A stretch of 64,000 bases of DNA from Octopus bimaculoides (GCF_001194135.2 NC_069004.1:13562183-13626182), one strand, 5' to 3'. Counted from the stretch's first letter, positions 1 through 13,690 are shown. Numbers and translations are program-made. The notes: generated from the sequence alone by a model not told the origin.

Positions 1-169
1 TTTTTTACTTAGAGCAATAGAGCGTTTACGAATTACAAATTTTAAAAGGATAAACGTTTTGCAATAGTTAGCTAATTTCAGTGACTCCTGGGTTGTGAGT
101 AATAAGAATCTTACATATTGGATATCGAACACAAAAAATATATAATGCAAAAAAAAACAAAAAAAACTA

Positions 170-310
170 TACACAACTGATACCTTCTTGTAATGTGATG
201 TATGGAGGGCTTCTTACCAACACAATAATAATCCAATTGTTCAGGAAAGAAGATTTAAGATCGAATGTTTGTTTGTTCTTAACACCCATCCACCCAAATT
301 ATTTTCATTA
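170..310 (-). mobile_element. Highly degenerate CR1-like LINE RT C-terminal remnant
   Basis: Frameshifted GWVLRT and LDYYC motifs resemble GWVLRTF and FDYCS of the copy at 2133. Confidence 0.3.
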
Positions 311-319
311 ATACTTTTA

Positions 320-851
320 AATATATATATATACGCATATATACATATATATATATACACATATATACATATATATAAACACATATATGGATGTATATAA
401 AAATATATATAAATATATAAATATGTATATACACATATACACATATACACACACATATATATACATACATATATACACATATATAAATGTATAAATATAT
501 ATACACACATATACATATATAAATATATATAAATATACACACACCCATACACATAAACATATATAAACAAACATAAATATATATACATAAATATATATAT
601 ACACATAAACACATATACATACACATATAAATATATACACATACACACACATACATACATAAATATATATATATATATACATATATAACTATATATACAT
701 ATATAAATATATATACAAATACAAATATATATACATACATATATGAATATATATACATATATAATATATATACATACATAAATATACATAAATACATATA
801 CACATATATATATATACGTATATATATACATACACACATATACATATAAAA

Positions 852-890
<39 letters not shown>

Positions 891-1019
891 TACATAAATG
901 TATACATATATAAATATATATATACATATATAAATATATATACATATATAAATATATATATATATATGTACATATATAAATTCACATATACAAATATACA
1001 TATAGATGTATACATATAG

Positions 1020-1068
<49 letters not shown>

Positions 1069-1085
1069 TACATATGTATGTATAT
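320..1085. repeat. Compound (AT)n/(AC)n/(ATAC)n microsatellite
   Basis: Direct reading; source of the spurious YI/CV-rich ORFs. Confidence 0.97.
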
Positions 1086-2132
1086 GTGTGTGTGTATGTA
1101 TATATAAAATAACGAATTACAAATGAGAACAGTTTCTACATCAATACAACTTTCTGGTAACTGTCTTTGAATAGGAAAAAATTACACGGAAGGAAGGGAA
1201 GGGAAAAAAAAAATGAAAATAAGTCATCAGTTGAAAAATGCTTACACAACATTGAAAAAGATATTTGCAAAAAATAGCTTTGATAAATGTAGCTTTTTGA
1301 ATGAACTCTTATTCAAATCATAGAAACATTTGTGAGCATGAAACATATCTATTAATCGTAAATGAGAAATCAACAGTACAATTCATCAATAACTATGATA
1401 TTCCTATAATATATACATATATTGTATGTGTATATATATATATATTTATATATGCTATACATAACATATATGTATTTTACATGTATGTAAATATATCATA
1501 TATACATGTGTGTATAAGTAATATATTTCTTTGTATACATATATATATATATATCCACACACACGTGTGCACATCACTCGTTCATTTCCTCATTGTATAT
1601 CACATAGCTGCACATGCACAAAGTATGAATGGTTGACAGGAGAGACTGACATCACAGCTCCTTGCACTTTCATACACGCGATCAAAATCGCACACACAAA
1701 CACACAATAATAAACGCAACAATCTCTTTTACGTTTCCATCTAGCAAATCCACTCACACCTGGCCAAAAGTGCTGCACAGTGAGACTAAACCTGAAAACA
1801 CCTAGTTGCAAAGTTAACCTCTCAATCGTATACTTACGCCTGCACTGCCTGTATAAAGATATACAGGTATATCTCTACATGTGCATTTGTGTCTTTTAGT
1901 AAGAGTGCCTATTTATCTATATATATATATATATATATACATACACACACACATGCATATATGTGTGTGTGTCAGTAATTATTTAAGCATTGGGTATGTA
2001 CCTAGAAGTTAGCTGGTGAAGCACGTTCATTGCCTATGGCTACATGATTTCATCCACAGATTTTTACAATTGTTGCTGGATCTACTAAGGGAATTCCTGT
2101 GTTGACTGTATAATAAATGATCAAAATGGGAA

Positions 2133-2762
2133 ATGGAATACATGAGAAACTTTGCTGAAAAGAACAGCATGCAGTTTAATGCTGGAAAGTTTCAAGCCTT
2201 GAGCTATCAGCATGCAAAACTGAATGCAATACCAATTAAATACACTAGACCTCGAGGAATTGCAATTCCAGAGGCACAGTCAGTGCGAAACATGGCCATT
2301 TACATGAGTAATGATGCATCCTTCCATGTGCATTTTGCTAAATTGGCAATTAAATGCAGGCGGCTGACTGGATGGGTTCTTAGAACTTTTAGAACAAGAG
2401 ATCAGGAAACCATGATGGTCCTCTGGAGGACACTTGTCCTAAGCCACTTTGACTATTGCTCTCAGCTATGGTCAGCAACCAATGTCAAACTAATCTCAGA
2501 ACTTGAGGCAATCCAACAAAGCTACACGAAGAAGATAGCCTCTATGCACCATATACTGGGAAGACTCAAGAGATTAAGACTCTATTCCTTAGAGCGTAGG
2601 AGAGAGAGATATGCCATAATATACATCTGGAAGATCCTGGAAGGACTTGTCCCAAACTTTGGCATCGAGAGTTACACAAATACTAGAACTGGGCGCCACT
2701 GCATATTGCCAAGGACTCCAAATTTGCCATCAAGATATAGGGCAAGATACTGCAATAGCCTG
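2133..2762 (+). mobile_element. CR1/L2-like non-LTR retrotransposon, RT C-terminal fragment
   Basis: MQFNAGKF, GWVLRTF, TLVLSHFDYCSQLWS, LEAIQ, LRLYSLERRRERY..IY.WKI are typical of this clade; truncated at both ends. Confidence 0.9.
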
Positions 2763-3522
2763 TTCATTTTCTGTTTTCGTTTCTTGTTGTGTTTAACGTT
2801 TTTTTGATGTCCTGTACCCATATATGCATGTATGTATACATATAGATGTAGGTATGTACATATATGTATGGATATATGCGTATATTTATATATTATTTAT
2901 ATTTTTATTATTATTATTATATATATANNNNNNNNNNNNNNNNNNNNNNNNNNNNNNNNNNNNNNNNNNNNNNNNNNNNNNNNNNNNNNNNNNNNNNNNN
3001 NNNNNNNNNNNNNNNNNNNNNNNNNNNNNNNNNNNNNNNNNNNNNNNNNNNNNNNNNNNNNNNNNNNNNNNNNNNNNNNNNNNNNNNNNNNNNNNNNNNN
3101 NNNNNNNNNNNNNNNNNNNNNNNNNNNNNNNNNNNNNNNNNNNNNNNNNNNNNNNNNNNNNNNNNNNNNNNNNNNNNNNNNNNNNNNNNNNNNNNNNNNN
3201 NNNNNNNNNNNNNNNNNNNNNNNNNNNNNNNNNNNNNNNNNNNNNNNNNNNNNNNNNNNNNNNNNNNNNNNNNNNNNNNNNNNNNNNNNNNNNNNNNNNN
3301 NNNNNNNNNNNNCATCAAAACGATTATCCAAGAACAGCATTTCCGCATTCATATAGACGAGTAAGAAAATCGTATCATTCCTCAATTACCCACGTGCGCT
3401 AGGAGTAATCCCACAGAAACTGCAGTTTACCATCGGGGAGTGAATTTTTAGAACCGTATACACATGCTTCCTTGTGGAGTACAACTTAGTATACGATTCT
3501 CTAAATTAAATCTATCCAACGT

Positions 3523-3589
3523 TCTGCACTGATGTGAAAAAGATATTTTTCGGTAAGAAAATGTTAATTTCGAAACATATGTCTGCAGA
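3523..3589 (+). ncRNA. Candidate type I hammerhead ribozyme (core variant A9U)
   Basis: Stem I TCTGCA(3523-28)/TGCAGA(3584-89); CTGATGT 3529-35; stem II G3536-C3571; GAAAC-ATAT-GTC 3572-83; predicted cleavage after C3583. Confidence 0.55.
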
Positions 3590-4502
3590 TAATTGTATTT
3601 TTTTGTGTAATTTTCACTGGTCTTGCCCGCTTTACGTATTTGATGCTTCACTAAATTTGAGAATTATTCGGTCTTAGGAGACACATGACATGTGATCTTC
3701 TTCTAGCGCATGACCAGTCCACCTACTGGTCTCCTGTATATATACTTGTATATATCTTTATATAAACATATACAATAAGAGATCTCAGATATTTTTCTGA
3801 ATCTCCCTGATTCTTTTAATGTGCTAGTTACCTGGTATTAAATTGATATTAATTAATATCCAATTTTTTACCCCATTGTTTAATTTATATATATATATAT
3901 ACATACATATATATGNNNNNNNNNNNNNNNNNNNNNNNNNNNNNNNNNNNNNNNNNNNNNNNNNNNNNNNNNNNNNNNNNNNNNNNNNNNNNNNNNNNNN
4001 NNNNNNNNNNNNNNNNNNNNNNNNNNNNNNNNNNNNNNNNNNNNNNNNNNNNNNNNNNNNNNNNNNNNNNNNNNNNNNNNNNNNNNNNNNNNNNNNNNNN
4101 NNNNNNNNNNNNNNNNNNNNNNNNNNNNATATATATGAATGTGAGAGATCCCTGGTTATTGTCACAGCAACCTCCTTAGAGGTCACTTTGATGTAAAACG
4201 TGTGGTTTCACACGATTAGATCTGTCTAACTTCAGGCTGTCACTAGGTACTAATCATGGACTCAGAGGGTGGTACTTATCTTTTACAACTGTTTACCACT
4301 TTATTTCAATGATGTACAGAGTACTGAAAGTCTTATGTCGATGCAAGAGTGGTAATGAGTGCACACAGTAAGTTACAACTATGCTTCAAACAATGCAGAT
4401 CTGCAGCAAGACTGAATAGTCAACTGAGTGGTCATGGACGGAAAATCAGAAGTGCCGTTGAAGAAGCACAAGGAGACAGCAATCATTCGTGAAGACGTGA
4501 TA

Positions 4503-4549
<47 letters not shown>

Positions 4550-5249
4550 NNNNNNNNNNNNNNNNNNNNNNNNNNNNNNNNNNNNNNNNNNNNNNNNNNN
4601 NNNNNNNNNNNNNNNNNNNNNNNNNNNNNNNNNNNNNNNNNNNNNNNNNNNNNNNNNNNNNNNNNNNNNNNNNNNNNNNNNNNNNNNNNNNNNNNNNNNN
4701 NNNNNNNNNNNNNNNNNNNNNNNNNNNNNNNNNNNNNNNNNNNNNNNNNNNNNNNNNNNNNNNNNNNNNNNNNNNNNNNNNNNNNNNNNNNNNNNNNNNN
4801 NNNNNNNNNNNNNNNNNNNNNNNNNNNNNNNNNNNNNNNNNNNNNNNNNNNNNNNNNNNNNNNNNNNNNNNNNNNNNNNNNNNNNNNNNNNNNNNNNNNN
4901 NNNNNNNNNNNNNNNNNNNNNNNNNNNNNNNNNNNNNNNNNNNNNNNNNNNNNNNNNNNNNNNNNNNNNNNNNNNNNNNNNNNNNNNNNNNNNNNNNNNN
5001 NNNNNNNNNNNNNNNNNNNNNNNNNNNNNNNNNNNNNNNNNNNNNNNNNNNNNNNNNNNNNNNNNNNNNNNNNNNNNNNNNNNNNNNNNNNNNNNNNNNN
5101 NNNNNNNNNNNNNNNNNNNNNNNNNNNNNNNNNNNNNNNNNNNNNNNNNNNNNNNNNNNNNNNNNNNNNNNNNNNNNNNNNNNNNNNNNNNNNNNNNNNN
5201 NNNNNNNNNNNNNNNNNNNNNNNNNNNNNNNNNNNNNNNNNNNNNNNNN

Positions 5250-5299
<50 letters not shown>

Positions 5300-5671
5300 T
5301 ATATATATATATATATACATACACACACACACACATATATATATACACACATACACATGTATACATACAGAGAAAGAGAGAGACATTTCAGTGTACAAGA
5401 AAGAACTAAAGTACTCTATACATACAACTATAAGATATATATGTATTTTCTGATGAGCTTAGAATAACCATATGTGTGTATATACTTAGAAATCATGTGT
5501 GTGTGTGTGTGTATGTATGTATGCCTTGGGTAGTGTACATACACATAGACACACAAATAGAAATACACATACATGTGTGTGAGTGTATTCAACTATATAT
5601 ATATATATATGTATAGTTGAAATGTTTAGAAAACAAAAGGCAAAGATAGGTGAGATAACAACAGGCTGATG

Positions 5672-5727
<56 letters not shown>

Positions 5728-6023
5728 AGCAACTCAGAGTCCTGGAAATCAAAGCCTTTCAGTTACAATGAATGTGTGTCTGTGTGTATATACACACACA
5801 CACATACATATATGTATATCAACACACAGACTAAAAGTGATAAAAATTTACTTCTCTCCTGTCAACCTTTCCTTGAAATAGTCTTTATATTGGTTTTACT
5901 AAACAATACAAATCTTGCTGATACACACCAACACCAGTCTCTTTGGAGTCTGATTACAGATGTATGTGTATACACAGACACACGTACACACACTGCCTAA
6001 GCACATAGACACACATGCATAAA

Positions 6024-6065
<42 letters not shown>

Positions 6066-6113
6066 TATATACACACACACACACACATATATGTATATAT
6101 ATAAAGACATATA

Positions 6114-6734
6114 TCTAGATACATAAATGTGTAATGGTGTGTGTCTGTCTGTGTGTTTGGGGTTACTCTAACTCCTCCCACACCATCCAACAGATTTTAA
6201 TGATTTTTGGCACATAGGTAAATCACATGCCCTGAAGTTCAAATAAGGCCAGATTTTTTCGAAGACTCAATAATGCTCAGTTGGCATCAATTTTTGTGAG
6301 CTCAATCGGGCATTTGTACAGAAATCCCCATAACAATGTTATTTTTCCTGCAGCTTTTGCATAGTCAATGGGATATTTTCATGTAAATGGTCACATGGAT
6401 TCTATTTTATGACATAACCTAAACTTTTTTCGGATTTTGCTGAGACTGGACATGCTGATCAATTTTGCACAGATAGTGGCATTAAGGAGAGAGAAATAAA
6501 GAAACATCACTCTCAACGGGTTGAGGTACACCCTAAAGTTTGACTGCAATTTCAGACAGTCCAGTATGTAGGAATATGTCGAAATCATTAACCAGGTTAA
6601 ATCCCTGCCAAACCAGATATAACATCTTAATGAGTAATAGTTGGCATGGGGAACATAGAAGATTTCAATACAAGGTCAGAGGTAAGCTTAACTTCAACAT
6701 GGAAACCACGAGCACTGCCAGGTCCAACAGCTAA
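6114..6734 (+). mobile_element. Non-autonomous Helitron-like element
   Basis: 5' TCTAGATACATAAA followed by a (TGTC) microsatellite and a cagattttaatgatttttggcac block; 3' degenerate GC hairpin cacgagcactgccagg and CTAA|T. Confidence 0.5.
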
Positions 6735-6769
6735 TATATATATATATAAAGACACACACACACACATAA

Positions 6770-6814
<45 letters not shown>

Positions 6815-6929
6815 CATATATATATAAAGGGACGGTCATGTTACCAGTTTATCCAATAAAACACACGCACTATATATTTGGTGTTAATTTGCTTCAGTTT
6901 TATTTTATTTTTTACATTACCGAATCAGT

Positions 6930-7352
6930 AGAACTCCCTGTACTGATAGGAACTGTACTATATGTAGATTTAGCCCACAAACAAACTGTAAAGCCAGAAA
7001 TGTAGTCTATAGTATAAGATGTACAGAGGGACAGTGCAGTAACAAGACAACGACGTACATAAGGGAAACAGCACGGAGTATAGGAGAGTGAATAAATGAG
7101 CATCGGAGGAAACTTAAGGAAGAGACAAGCTCATCGATTCTGTATCAGCACGCTGAGCAGGAACATGGGGGCTCACTCAACAACGTAGAAGTTAAAATCT
7201 TGTCCACACATAGAACAGACGCAACGCTTAGACAAATTACAGAAGCTACACACATAATAGAAGATGAACCTAGCCTGAATAAGAAACTGGAATGGAACAC
7301 TAGCACACACCCCCAACACACCACAACATATGACAGAATAAGATCCCCATAA
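6930..7352 (+). pseudogene. Penelope GIY-YIG endonuclease domain, disrupted
   Basis: RTPCTDRNCTICRFSPQTNCKARNVVYSIRCTEGQC...TYIRETARSIGE*INEHRRK...LYQHAEQEH...LRQITEATHIIEDEPSLNKK; one frame, one stop (TGA 7089-91) and YIG changed to YIR. Confidence 0.88.
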
Positions 7353-7694
7353 ACTGATAACAATATAAACAAAATAGAATACAATACACAGATAAACAAA
7401 TGGAATTAAATAACTATACACGTTAACAAAATTAAATTAAATTAAATACAAAAAAAAGAAAGAATAGAAACAAAAATAAGTAGGTATAAACACATGAACA
7501 AAATAAACAAATTAAACAAACGTGTATAAACAGGGGATACAGATAATACAGGCACTCTCCCCACACACACACTTACTAAACATAGACACACATAGGAGTA
7601 TACGCATGTGCAAATAAAGACACATACAATAGGAATATAAAATGGCTGATCGTTAGTAAGGAAAGACACAAATAAGAAAGAAGAAAGCAAAGGA

Positions 7695-7734
7695 CCACTG
7701 ACGAGGTCACAGAAGTGTGACGAAAGAACTCTGG
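7695..7734 (+). ncRNA. Candidate minimal hammerhead ribozyme in the Penelope tail
   Basis: CCA-CTGACGA-G-GTCACA GAAG TGTGAC-GAAA-GAAC-TC-TGG; stem I only 3 bp and an extra G after A9. Confidence 0.45.
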
Positions 7735-7913
7735 CTGAAATACGATTAATGTAAAAAATAAAATAGAGCTGAAGCAAATTAACACCAAATATATAGTGCG
7801 GGTGTTTTTATTGGTTAAACTGGCAACATGACCATCCCCAAATGCAACAATATCTGTTTCAACACAGGATTTCACATCAAGATTCTTGCTCTTGCAAAAC
7901 GAATATATAAATG

Positions 7914-7956
<43 letters not shown>

Positions 7957-9149
7957 GGAAATGGAGAGGAGAGTGGAGATTTATTCATATCCTAAACTTT
8001 CCGTTAAAAAAGTTTTCTACACCATATATAACAATGACCAACAGATGTTTCAATTGCAGCAACTACACATTCCTCCATATGCAATTATGCATCCTAGTCA
8101 CTGCAATTCCACCAAGGGTCCATCACTCACGATATGTTTAAAGTGAACTAATTCAAACAAGCTTCCTGCGTTACTTTTTAAATCAAATTGAATTCTGATC
8201 TTATAATCACCTCTACTGGTATTACAATTGCATCGTGGTTTATAAAATGTTCATTTATATTACAATCAATTATAGCCATTTTGTTATATTTTACTGTATG
8301 GTGTACGTTATTTATTCAGAGGTAATTCACTTATGTTTGGGTTAATACCCTTAATATTATTATTGTTATTATTACTAAAATTATTTTAGTATCATTTGCA
8401 AAAATGTCATTAATTTTCACAGATCTGTCTATCTATCTATTTATCTATCTATCTATCATAAACATACAGAGGCCTCCAGTTCGTCAGGTCCTGTCAAACT
8501 GTTCATCTGTGCCAGCATGGACATTAAATGATGGACATTAAATGATGGACATTAAATGATGGACATTAAATGATGATACATACTCACATACATACATATA
8601 TGCAAACAAAAACAGACATATATATAAATACATTGAAATATATCTACATATACAAATAAATGTACACACACACACACACACATCAACACACATACTTTAG
8701 GTGCAGACATGCCTGTGAAACTCAGAAGTTTGCTTCCCAACCACATGGTTCTAGGATCAGTCCCACTGCATGGCATCTTAAGCAAGTGTCTTCCATAGAC
8801 CAAAATTGAAAGAAACCTGTTGCACATGTGTGTGAGAGAGAGGGTATATTTGTCTTGACCTCATGTCACTGTCATACAAGCAGTGTCATCCATTTCCAAT
8901 ATTCTTCAACACACACATCTATCTTTATATATATATATATATATATATAACACACACATACATATAAATACACACAATTACGAGTTTCTTGTATACAGTA
9001 CTCAGTTGCACCTGCAACTTGTCATAAACCATCAAAAGAGGATGACACAAAGCACAGACAGCAATGAATGCTAGAAGTACTTGCACAGTACACAATAACA
9101 CACAAAAGTTGGAAAAGTGAACATTAAGAGAACCATAAGAAGGAAAGGG

Positions 9150-10560
9150 TGCATAGGCACATGAGGAGTAGTGTTGCCAAATTCTAAGATGCAGCTAACT
9201 GACATTGCTAGTTTGCTCCATGGGACAGTTCTAACATGATTCTGGAAGTCACGGGTGCTGTTTATTCATTAAAAAATTTTTTTTTTTTCTTTTATAAAAA
9301 TGTTCATGAGAGGTAAGAGGTATTGAATTCAAAAAAGTAGCTAAAATTGTTATTGGCAAGATTGGGGATAATCTTGTGGGCTTCCACCAAGTCAGCTGTG
9401 AGACATCAAAACATTAGTTTGTTGATACCCAAAGAAGCAATATGCTCGTGACATGATGACTGTTGTGTGTCTCAGGACAGCTACCAGTATATTAATATTC
9501 TGGATGAAATGAGAGTTCCAGACCAAGGATACTAACAGTAAATGTGGAAACACCATTGCCATATATAGCTTTAAATAGATAGCTGGTGAGCAGCAGGCAA
9601 AGATCTTACTGAGTGATACTAAGACACCAAAATTTTCCATGACTGTCTAGTTTGAATTCACTAGCAAACTTCTTAAGCTCTTTGTTGTGAGAGGACTAGG
9701 TAAATTCCAGGTATTTCCTCCAAAAACATATAGGGGTGAAGTTGTTTATAGCCAGTTTGAGCCATCAGTCAACAATCCATTACTGCATTGTGTTTAATAA
9801 AGATCTGTAACATATAAGATCCATTCCTTTTATCACATGGTGCTGCTTAATGTTGTCTATGTATTTTAATGCAGTAACATGCTTCGAGTTTACTAATGTA
9901 TGTAGCATATAACACAGGACCAAGAACACATCCCTGTAGGACATCAGATGTCATCATATAAGGTGCAGAGTGTTGTCCTGGTACCGTTACTCTTATCTAT
10001 CACAAATGAAAGACTTCAACCATTTATAAAGATTAGATTTCATGCCCATTGCAGAGAGCTTTGCCCTAAGTCATTTTTGTGATATAGAAATAAAAGCTTT
10101 GGGGAAGTTGTGGAGTCACTACTGTGACTCATGAGATATCTTCAAGATATTCAATGAGTTGGTCACAACAGCAAGAGTTAGGGATAAATCCAAATTGTGA
10201 GAACACAGGACTCTATTGATTTGCCAATACAGCCTGACTGGATAAATCGTCACCCTTTTTGAACAGGTGAATATGCTCATGTTACTGTAATGAAATCATG
10301 GTCAATACTTTTAATGCATGGGTCAACAAGGTGACCCAGTAATTGATTTAGAACCAGATTTATTGGGGATGGCATATTATTATTAATTTTCTCAAGGCTT
10401 TTGCATTATTGCCCATTTCTGGATTGATATCTTCAGACCAGCTCGCAGCCTCTTTTCAAATTTCTAAATCTAGCCATCATCACATAGACTAAAACATTCA
10501 TCTGATGCTGAATCACGGATCAAGAATGATACAGTACACAGCTTCATGCATTTATCAGGT
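9150..10560 (-). mobile_element. Degenerate CR1/L2-like LINE RT
   Basis: KAFIS (KAFDS-like), TSDVLQGCVLGPVLY at 9901-9954 (SGVPQGSVLGP-like), KYIDN (YADD-like) and YLKLYMAMVFPHL..SLVWN; many stops and frameshifts. Confidence 0.85.
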
Positions 10561-10569
10561 GTTAAAGAT

Positions 10570-11010
10570 ACATACATACTGACATGTACATACACACACG
10601 CACATATGTATACACATACATAAATGGACATCATACACATAGATGCATACTGAAACATACATGTATATACATAGGTACATACATATACACAATTACTTAA
10701 GCATACAAACACATACAGAATAACATAAACATACATATATACATACACATATAGACATACATAAATACATACACATACATATATATACACACATACATAT
10801 ATATATAGACGTATATATATACACACACACATATGTAAACATACACACATGTATAAGCACATTTATACATATGTACATACATACACAAAGATACATATAT
10901 ATACACATGTATACATATATATTTATATTTACATGTCTATATATACATACACATATCTACATATATATTTATATATACATACATACACATCTAGCTACAT
11001 ATACATATAT
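10570..11010. repeat. Compound (AT/AC/ATAC)n microsatellite
   Basis: Direct reading. Confidence 0.95.
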
Positions 11011-11578
11011 TAACATCATCATCATCATCCTCATTTAACTTGCAAATTCCACACTGGCATAGGTTGGGACATTCTACCATCTTCTGATGGATCCAAGGAC
11101 TACAACACGCTCCAGTGTCTACTGTGACATGGTTTCTAAGTCTGGATTCTCCTCCAAATGCCAACAGCTTTACAGTGTGTACTGGGTGCCTTTTTCATAT
11201 CACTAACACTATCAAGATTGCCATGAAGCTTGCAAGACTTACAAACCCTGAGTGGGGTGGGCGGTCAGTTTTATGTTAGGGGGCAAGGGGTTGAAGTATG
11301 TGAGAAAGCAAAAAATCAGAGAGGATTGTTGTTCAAGAGCTGCATGACTATTCACATTTAACAAGGGAGGAATCAATAAGATCTATAGGGCCTTCAAAGA
11401 GATAGATATTGGAGACAAGATGTCTCAGTGGCCTGGGAGTTTGCAAGATCATATGGGGGAAGAGATATGGGGAGGAGGTGGCAGCCAGCAACTGTAAAAA
11501 TTGGGTCAAGAGTTGGGGAAATAGCGTGATGCTAAGGAGATTGCAAAAGGGGAGGTAGTAATTATAAAAGAAGACAAG

Positions 11579-11623
<45 letters not shown>

Positions 11624-12280
11624 TGCACGTATACATATATACATGATGTATACACACTCCCACACACAAATATAAACAGACATAGCTCTGTAGTTAAGAC
11701 ACTCGCTTTGCAACTACATGGTTTCTGGTTCAATCCCACCATATGACACCTTGGGCAAGTAACCAATGCCTTGCAAGTGAAACTCATAATGTTTGTGTGT
11801 GTGTGTGTATCTCTGTGTTTGTTCCCTAACACCACTTGACAACCAGTTTTCATTGGTCTCTCTTGCTGTTCAGCAAGAGAGACCAATAGAATAAGTAGGC
11901 AACTAAAAAACTAAATACTGATGTCAATTTCTTTAACTAGACCCTTGAAGGTGATGCCCAAGCATGGCTAATACAAGTAAAAGACGCGCGCACGCGTGTG
12001 TGTGTGTGTGTGAGAGAGAAATGATAGAGACAGAGAATGAAACATTATGAGATTTATGAGAAACTTTATTGTGCACAACAATCATCTCTACCCATCCTGC
12101 ATCAATCCCTTACGAGTGGAATTCTGTGGAACTGGTTGTAGTGCATCCTTTGGAGATGTCATAAGGGGTATATCGTTAAATAAACCCTGTTTCACTCAGT
12201 TTTAATACAACATGTTGTTAATGACTGTAGGTTTAAGCTGTTGGGCAGGAATGGTAAGGGACAGATTCCATTGTGATGTT

Positions 12281-12317
<37 letters not shown>

Positions 12318-13690
12318 ATTTTCCATGTAAGCGTGCTCAACTACAGAGAAATATTACTTTACTTTACTTTAGAAACAGGTCAGGCTGGATGATAGGAAGG
12401 CCATCTGATCATAGAAAATGTACTTCACTGAAATTTTTCTGACCCATGGATATTAAAAGAATCATTATATATATATATATATATCTATATATATATATAT
12501 ATATAGGCACAATGCACAGACCATGAAGGGAGGTGGGTTGGCATTTCAGTTTACATGTATGAAATCAGCTCAGAAGGCTATGGTCAACCTGTGGTCATCA
12601 TAAAAGACATGCTTGTGGTGCCATGCAGTAGGACTCAATCCAAAACCATATATTTATCACCATGATCATTTTAACATCTTACTTTCCCCTGTTTTCTGAG
12701 ACAAATCAGAATTTGTTGAGCCAGGTTTTTCTACATCCAGATACCCCTTCCTATGCCAACCCTCACTTGTCTTCTAGCAAGCTGATATATTCCCAATGAC
12801 TGGACATGTTCACATTGAATTCTGGAGCAAATGACACTACTTGCATGATTGGTGACACTCAAAACTATCACATGATGTCAAAACAAGGAGACACAAAGAC
12901 ACACACACACACACATACATAGACAATGAGCTTCTTTCCATCTAAGAAATCCACACCTAAGGCTTTAATCAGTCCAGGATTATATATATAGTAGAAGACA
13001 CTTGCCCAAGGTGTCATGCACTGGGACTGAACCCAAAACCATGTAGTCAGGAAGCAAGCTTCTTAACCACACAGCAATTCCTGCACCTTTACCCAATGCG
13101 TATGCATATTGTTGATGTATGCCACCATCATATTGATAGTACATATGTATGTGTATACATAGACATCTAATATATTTTACACACACACATCTATCTATAT
13201 AATATACATATATATTTATGCATCCATGTGTACATGTATGTGTGTGTGTGCATATAATTCTTTGTTCTACAGGTTTGTACAATGAAGAAAATATTCATTG
13301 TTTGGTGCTTACATGCTTACATCAAAGTTAAACCAAGTCTAGCTCTCTGTGAACAGTGTTTCCTTCTTTAATGACAACTTGGTACAGATTGGAGGTAAAT
13401 AGTTGAAGGAAGAACCATAGAAGGAAAAGCAGTTGTGATTTCAATACAGGATGGCTATAGGAGGGCATATGGTTCGGTAAAGCCTTTCTCATATAATTAG
13501 TCACACTGGTAGTAAAAAGGTTCTATTGCAGTTGCTGTTAAGATAAATGCCATCGATACTGATTTGTGATAACATAATGTCACTTTGTATGTGTATATAT
13601 ATGTATGTATGTACACACACACCCATAATACATATATTCATAGATGTGTGTGTGTGTGTATACATGTATATATGTGTATATGCATGTGTG

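Larger units (their letters stand above)
6829..7890 (+). mobile_element. Penelope-like element, 3' fragment with inverted pseudo-LTR segment
   Basis: GIY-YIG frame at 6930-7352; 6829-6919 is the reverse complement of 7747-7838; hammerhead-like motif at 7695; flanked by (TA)n on both sides. Confidence 0.85.

Noticed and set aside
241-1073. Long YI/CV/HT-rich ORFs here and at many other positions
   Set aside because: They are translations of dinucleotide and tetranucleotide microsatellites, which lack stop codons in several frames
1838-1848. 11-nt microexon-like AG|GCAGTGCAGGC|GTAAGT on the minus strand
   Set aside because: It coincides with the expected head of a decayed SINE (1700-1850), is not a multiple of 3, and has no independent support
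2824-5453. ORFs running through X stretches (also 26362, 27288-28102, 54649-55103, 58215-58507)
   Set aside because: They are open only because of N gaps
12090-12165. Open 73-nt segment ending in C|GTAAGG as a possible downstream DOT1L exon
   Set aside because: The acceptor lacks a pyrimidine tract and the peptide shows no homology
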